DNA from: Octopus sinensis
Taxonomy: Eukaryota
Direction: 5' to 3'
DNA length: 39,551 nt
Assembly (NCBI RefSeq): GCF_006345805.1
Contig: NW_021835710.1
Coordinates: 1-39,551 of the forward strand
This document shows positions 35,530 to 39,551 of the stretch, one piece after another (within the stretch, counting starts at the first letter, position 1; each line of letters begins with the position of its first letter). The position numbers were made by a program, and so were the translations under genes. The notes beneath the pieces were generated by a model. It was not told the origin of the DNA and searched no databases. It worked only from the letters and a program-made list of their open reading frames with translations.

Positions 35530-35640
35530 TTGTTCCAAGCCAGAAATTTTAGAAGAGGGATAGCCCAACATATCAACCCCAGTACTTGACAAGAACTTTA
35601 TTTTATCGACCCCGAAAGGATAAAAGGCATAGTTGATGAG
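35530..35640 (-). mobile_element. Diverged SINE-B-related fragment
   Basis: 'ttttatcgaccccgaaaggataaaaggcatagttga' matches the SINE-B core. Confidence 0.65.
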
Positions 35641-37440
35641 GAAGTGCAAACCTCTGTATTGTTAAACGTTTGTCACTTTTCAAAAATTTGTGTTCTAACT
35701 TTGACACATAGAGAATAAATTTTGGTAGCATTGGGGGTGTTATCCGTTAAATTAACCTCAATATTTGACATTTATTTTATCAATCCTAGAGGATATAAAG
35801 AAATGTCGACCACGAGAGGCATAACCAAATATCACAAATCATTTTCTCAGCGAATTACTGTTTTTGTTACTACAATGCTTCAAAAGAAAAAAAAGTATAT
35901 TTGAACATTCAAAGGAAAAATAGTTATATAAAATGTAACTTCAAAATACTGTATGGTATTTCATTTTATATTCCGATTTCAAATCCCGCCAAGCCAAATT
36001 TGGTTTTCACCCTCTGCTCTGGCGTTTGGTTCAGTATGAGAATTCTAAAGTATGTAACTTCTATGTTGAAGACCTTTTAATCCTAGATAATAACCAAATG
36101 AGCATACTATCCAGAAAACAATATAATTATATAAAAATAATTATATTATTCTAAAAATATAAAAAATATCGTGCCCCACCCACCAGGAGTAACAGGAAGT
36201 CCTTCATGTTGATCACATAAGTCATCAACGAGTTTTCTGCATTTTAAATTTAAATTTGTTTCATAATCTGAGTAACACACCTGATTCTACACTTACTTTT
36301 CTCTTTCCTGTACATATTTTATTTTATCAAGAATATATTCTATTTGCATGGAGACATTTCTTATTTATACAAAAAGGGAGACTCAAATGCTTTATTAAAT
36401 TAGCAACAGATTTCCAACCTGGAAGAGACCCTACACACATTAATTATTACCAGTAATATTTTAAAAACTTTTAAAGTTAAGAAAAATTGTAACTTTTACC
36501 CCATTTTTTCCAATCAACCAAATGTCCACGCATTAATCTTAGTAGTTTTTTTTTCTTTTTTATCTTCATTAAGAAGGCTTGTTTTTCTTTTCCTTCCTTT
36601 TATCTTTACACTATCTCTACTTCTAATGCATCTTCAAATCTAGAGAAACATCGAAAGTTCTATTTTAAATAACATAGTCGGCAGAAATTCTGCTCACTGC
36701 AAAAAACAAAACCTATACAGTTGTTGCATGTTGCTATTCACTGTAAAACATCTTCTCAAAAAGTTACTTTGTTTTACTTTAGATACTGTTTTCTAGTTTA
36801 TTTTTTTTTTTAGATTGTCATCATATTCATTTTAGGTTTTAACTGTTAACTTTATATTTTGTGTTTTAATTTGATGTACAACGTAGACTCATGTGTTCAG
36901 CGTTGGCATCGTTGTTGAGCAAGCATAAAACTTATGTTTTTAGGCATTCATGTCAAGAGTGTTTTGTCATTCCATTTTTATTGAATTATTACTTATTTCC
37001 CAATCTTTATCTATTCCAGCTATCGGGGCATCGCTTAAGAGTATTGTCAAAATTGACTAGATATTTATCAGTTTTAATTTTGAATAACAAAATTATTTTA
37101 AGATACTGTTGAGTTATGTTTTGTCTTTTACAGAATTCAGAACAAAAACAAAGAAAACATCTTCAGAAACCTGTTGTACCATTGATACGATAAATGTCTG
37201 TACGAAATATTCCAGCTTCTGTATAACAGCAAGTCACTAGAGCAGTGAACAAAATGCCCAGCGATATTTAGATATGCATCTTTACATTCTGGTTTCAAAC
37301 CGTAACCCTTCTTCAAATGTTACGGCATTTTGCATGTTAGAAATCGATACCATTAGCTTAAGCACCCAATATTGAAAATAATGAAAGTCTCTACTTTTAT
37401 GTATCCGATTTTCTTGGAGTCCCCATCACGTTGTCGATCG

Positions 37441-37560
37441 TTTACGTTTAGTCAGCCTTCATCGAGCAGACGTTTGATCAAAAGTATTCTAGCCCTTATA
37501 TCTAGGACAATATTATCTAATGCATCTTTCCTTAATTTAAGACGATAAGGTGTGGCTTTA
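37441..37560. repeat. Interspersed repeat-E fragment
   Basis: 'gtcagccttcatcgagcagacgtttgatcaaaagtattctagc' and 'taagacgataaggtgtgg' are similar to the other repeat-E copies. Confidence 0.5.
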
Positions 37561-37688
37561 CGAAATTCTGACGGAAGGTCTGTATTCAATAGGGAAAACT
37601 GATTGACTTGTGCATAATTAGTGCCAATACATATTTAAAAAGCGTGATGGCTCAGCAGAAATGATTCGATCTGTATGTGCGTGCACGA

Positions 37689-37720
<32 letters not shown>

Positions 37721-38771
37721 ATGTATGAAGTCGTATGTAGTTACTGCTTCTGAAATTGACAGTAGATTTTTTTTTTGTTGTGTTTCTCGACGGAACTCTT
37801 TATTTTGCTTTTAATTTACATACCTTACATACCTATCCAGCATATTTTGCAAAGACACTAAGATTAATGCTGTGATACTTACCAATTTAGCAGTCCTGTT
37901 TGGACTAAAATTCATCTATCATCTGTTGGACACTACTGAATATTTGAAAGATTTCATGAGATCTATTGTTCATGGAGGCATTTAGCATTAGTTTCTCAAA
38001 TACTTTAGGTAAAATATACAATATCAGGTTTATTGTGGAGTTGAGAATTGGTGCGTGTCTGCAATCACGGGCAAGCAAACTTACAATTCTGCCGGTAAAT
38101 GCTTGGCCAACAATTCCCGACTCTTGAGTAGGTTGTGTTATTTGATCAATATTTGACTTGAAAGACTTAGTCAATTAGTTACTACTTCTTAAAACTTCTT
38201 CGTAAATGAGGGATTCTCAACCATCTTGTTTATCGATTACTATTTTACCCTGGTGGATCCCCATAGCCATTCGATGTTTAAAAACTAGTTTTATAGAAAC
38301 TTCTTTCTAAATTCCTGTTTTGTTTCTCACACATTAGGTTGAAATCATGTAAAATGTTAGATAAAGAAAACCACCCAGCTGTTTCTTGCCATACATACCA
38401 ATACTTACACCTACAGCAACATTTTTTAGGGTTTCCTAAAATACTATTGTAGATTCACAAATTGTCATTTTGTTACTTGGACACCCAAAAATCTTATATG
38501 GAACCTGGGTGAGAACCACTTTCGTAAATCTTTTCGCGTTTGGAACAAGACAACTGGAATTCGACTATGCTTCATTGATCCGGTGCAATAAACATTGCCG
38601 TTTTTTTTTCAACAAAAGGGAAAAGTTGGATTAAGAATCCTTTGCATACTTGATTCAGTGCAGCACTGTTGACTTGTCTAAATACATGTCGTAGGCTAAA
38701 TTGAGTTATTTCTCCTAGCTCATAATATTTTACACATAAATACACGAACGCAGATATACTTATATATTATT

Positions 38772-38940
38772 TTTTTTGCTTGCTTCAGTCATTAGATAAC
38801 AGCCATGCTGGAATAACACCTTCAAGAATTTCGCTAATTAAGTCGCACCCAATACATATTTCATTATTTTACTGAAAGCCAGCGCACGGGGATGTAAACA
38901 AAACAACACCGGTTGCAAAGCTGTAGAAGACAAACACAAA
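38772..38940 (-). mobile_element. Highly diverged SINE-A 3' half
   Basis: 'cttcagtcattagataacagccatgctggaataacacc' and 'ggggatgtaaacaaaacaacaccggttg...gacaaacac' follow the SINE-A order. Confidence 0.6.
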
Positions 38941-38964
38941 GATTCACATTCATGCATACGTGTG

Positions 38965-39014
<50 letters not shown>

Positions 39015-39551
39015 TATGTATATAATAATAAATATTAGGGAATAAATCCAAATTTACAGGGAAAAATCAGATTTAGGATTGAATCCAATTTTATAGTAAA
39101 ATATAATATAATATTAATTAGAGACAAAACCACTATTATGCAAATCAAACAAAGAAAGACTTAATCCAATACATAAACAATTTTATATAAATTAATGTGT
39201 GTGTGTGTGTATGCATATATATATATATAAACATATATATATACATATATAGATAGATATATACATATATATACACATACACACACACTTATATAGTTAC
39301 ACGCACACACACAAATATATATACCTTAAAAGGTATTTTTTCTTATGCTGACCACTGATTAAGTTTTTAAAAAAAATTTATCCTTATATATGTATATATA
39401 TATATATAAAGAAAATAAGATAAGGTAGAAATGTAAAACAAATGTGGATATTAATTAAGAAGAAAAATGATTAAATTGAATAAAAAACATAAATGAAATG
39501 TTTTGTAAATATTTCCATAGTCTTCAAATTGGTAGGACATTTTCTTTTTTT

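Overview
This is an AT-rich eukaryotic window in which I could not recognise any intact host gene, rRNA gene, true tRNA gene or CRISPR array. It is a dense mix of decayed transposable elements and microsatellites ((TA)n, (CA)n, (GA)n, (TACA)n, (GAA)n). The repeat types and microsatellite load point to an octopus-like coleoid cephalopod genome; this is inferred from repeat content and not confirmed. Recognisable contents: (1) a full-length but dead DD34D mariner with 24-bp TIRs and a TA target duplication (27608-28881); (2) remnants of two other IS630/Tc1/mariner lineages; (3) a 5'-truncated RTE LINE and a second RTE fragment; (4) CR1-type LINE fragments; (5) pieces of several Penelope-like elements (RT and GIY-YIG); (6) many copies of at least four tRNA-derived SINE families. 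The most interesting observations are: a 3' tail and stem-loop shared between a CR1-type LINE and several SINEs; a Penelope fragment bracketed by an inverted copy of its own 3' region; a variant minimal hammerhead-ribozyme-like motif in a Penelope-type terminal repeat; and a SINE inserted in inverted orientation into a sister SINE, forming a 64-bp hairpin. Family names SINE-A to SINE-D and repeat-E are my own labels. Coordinates were counted by hand, and the ends of decayed elements are approximate. I found no evidence of a new protein-coding system.
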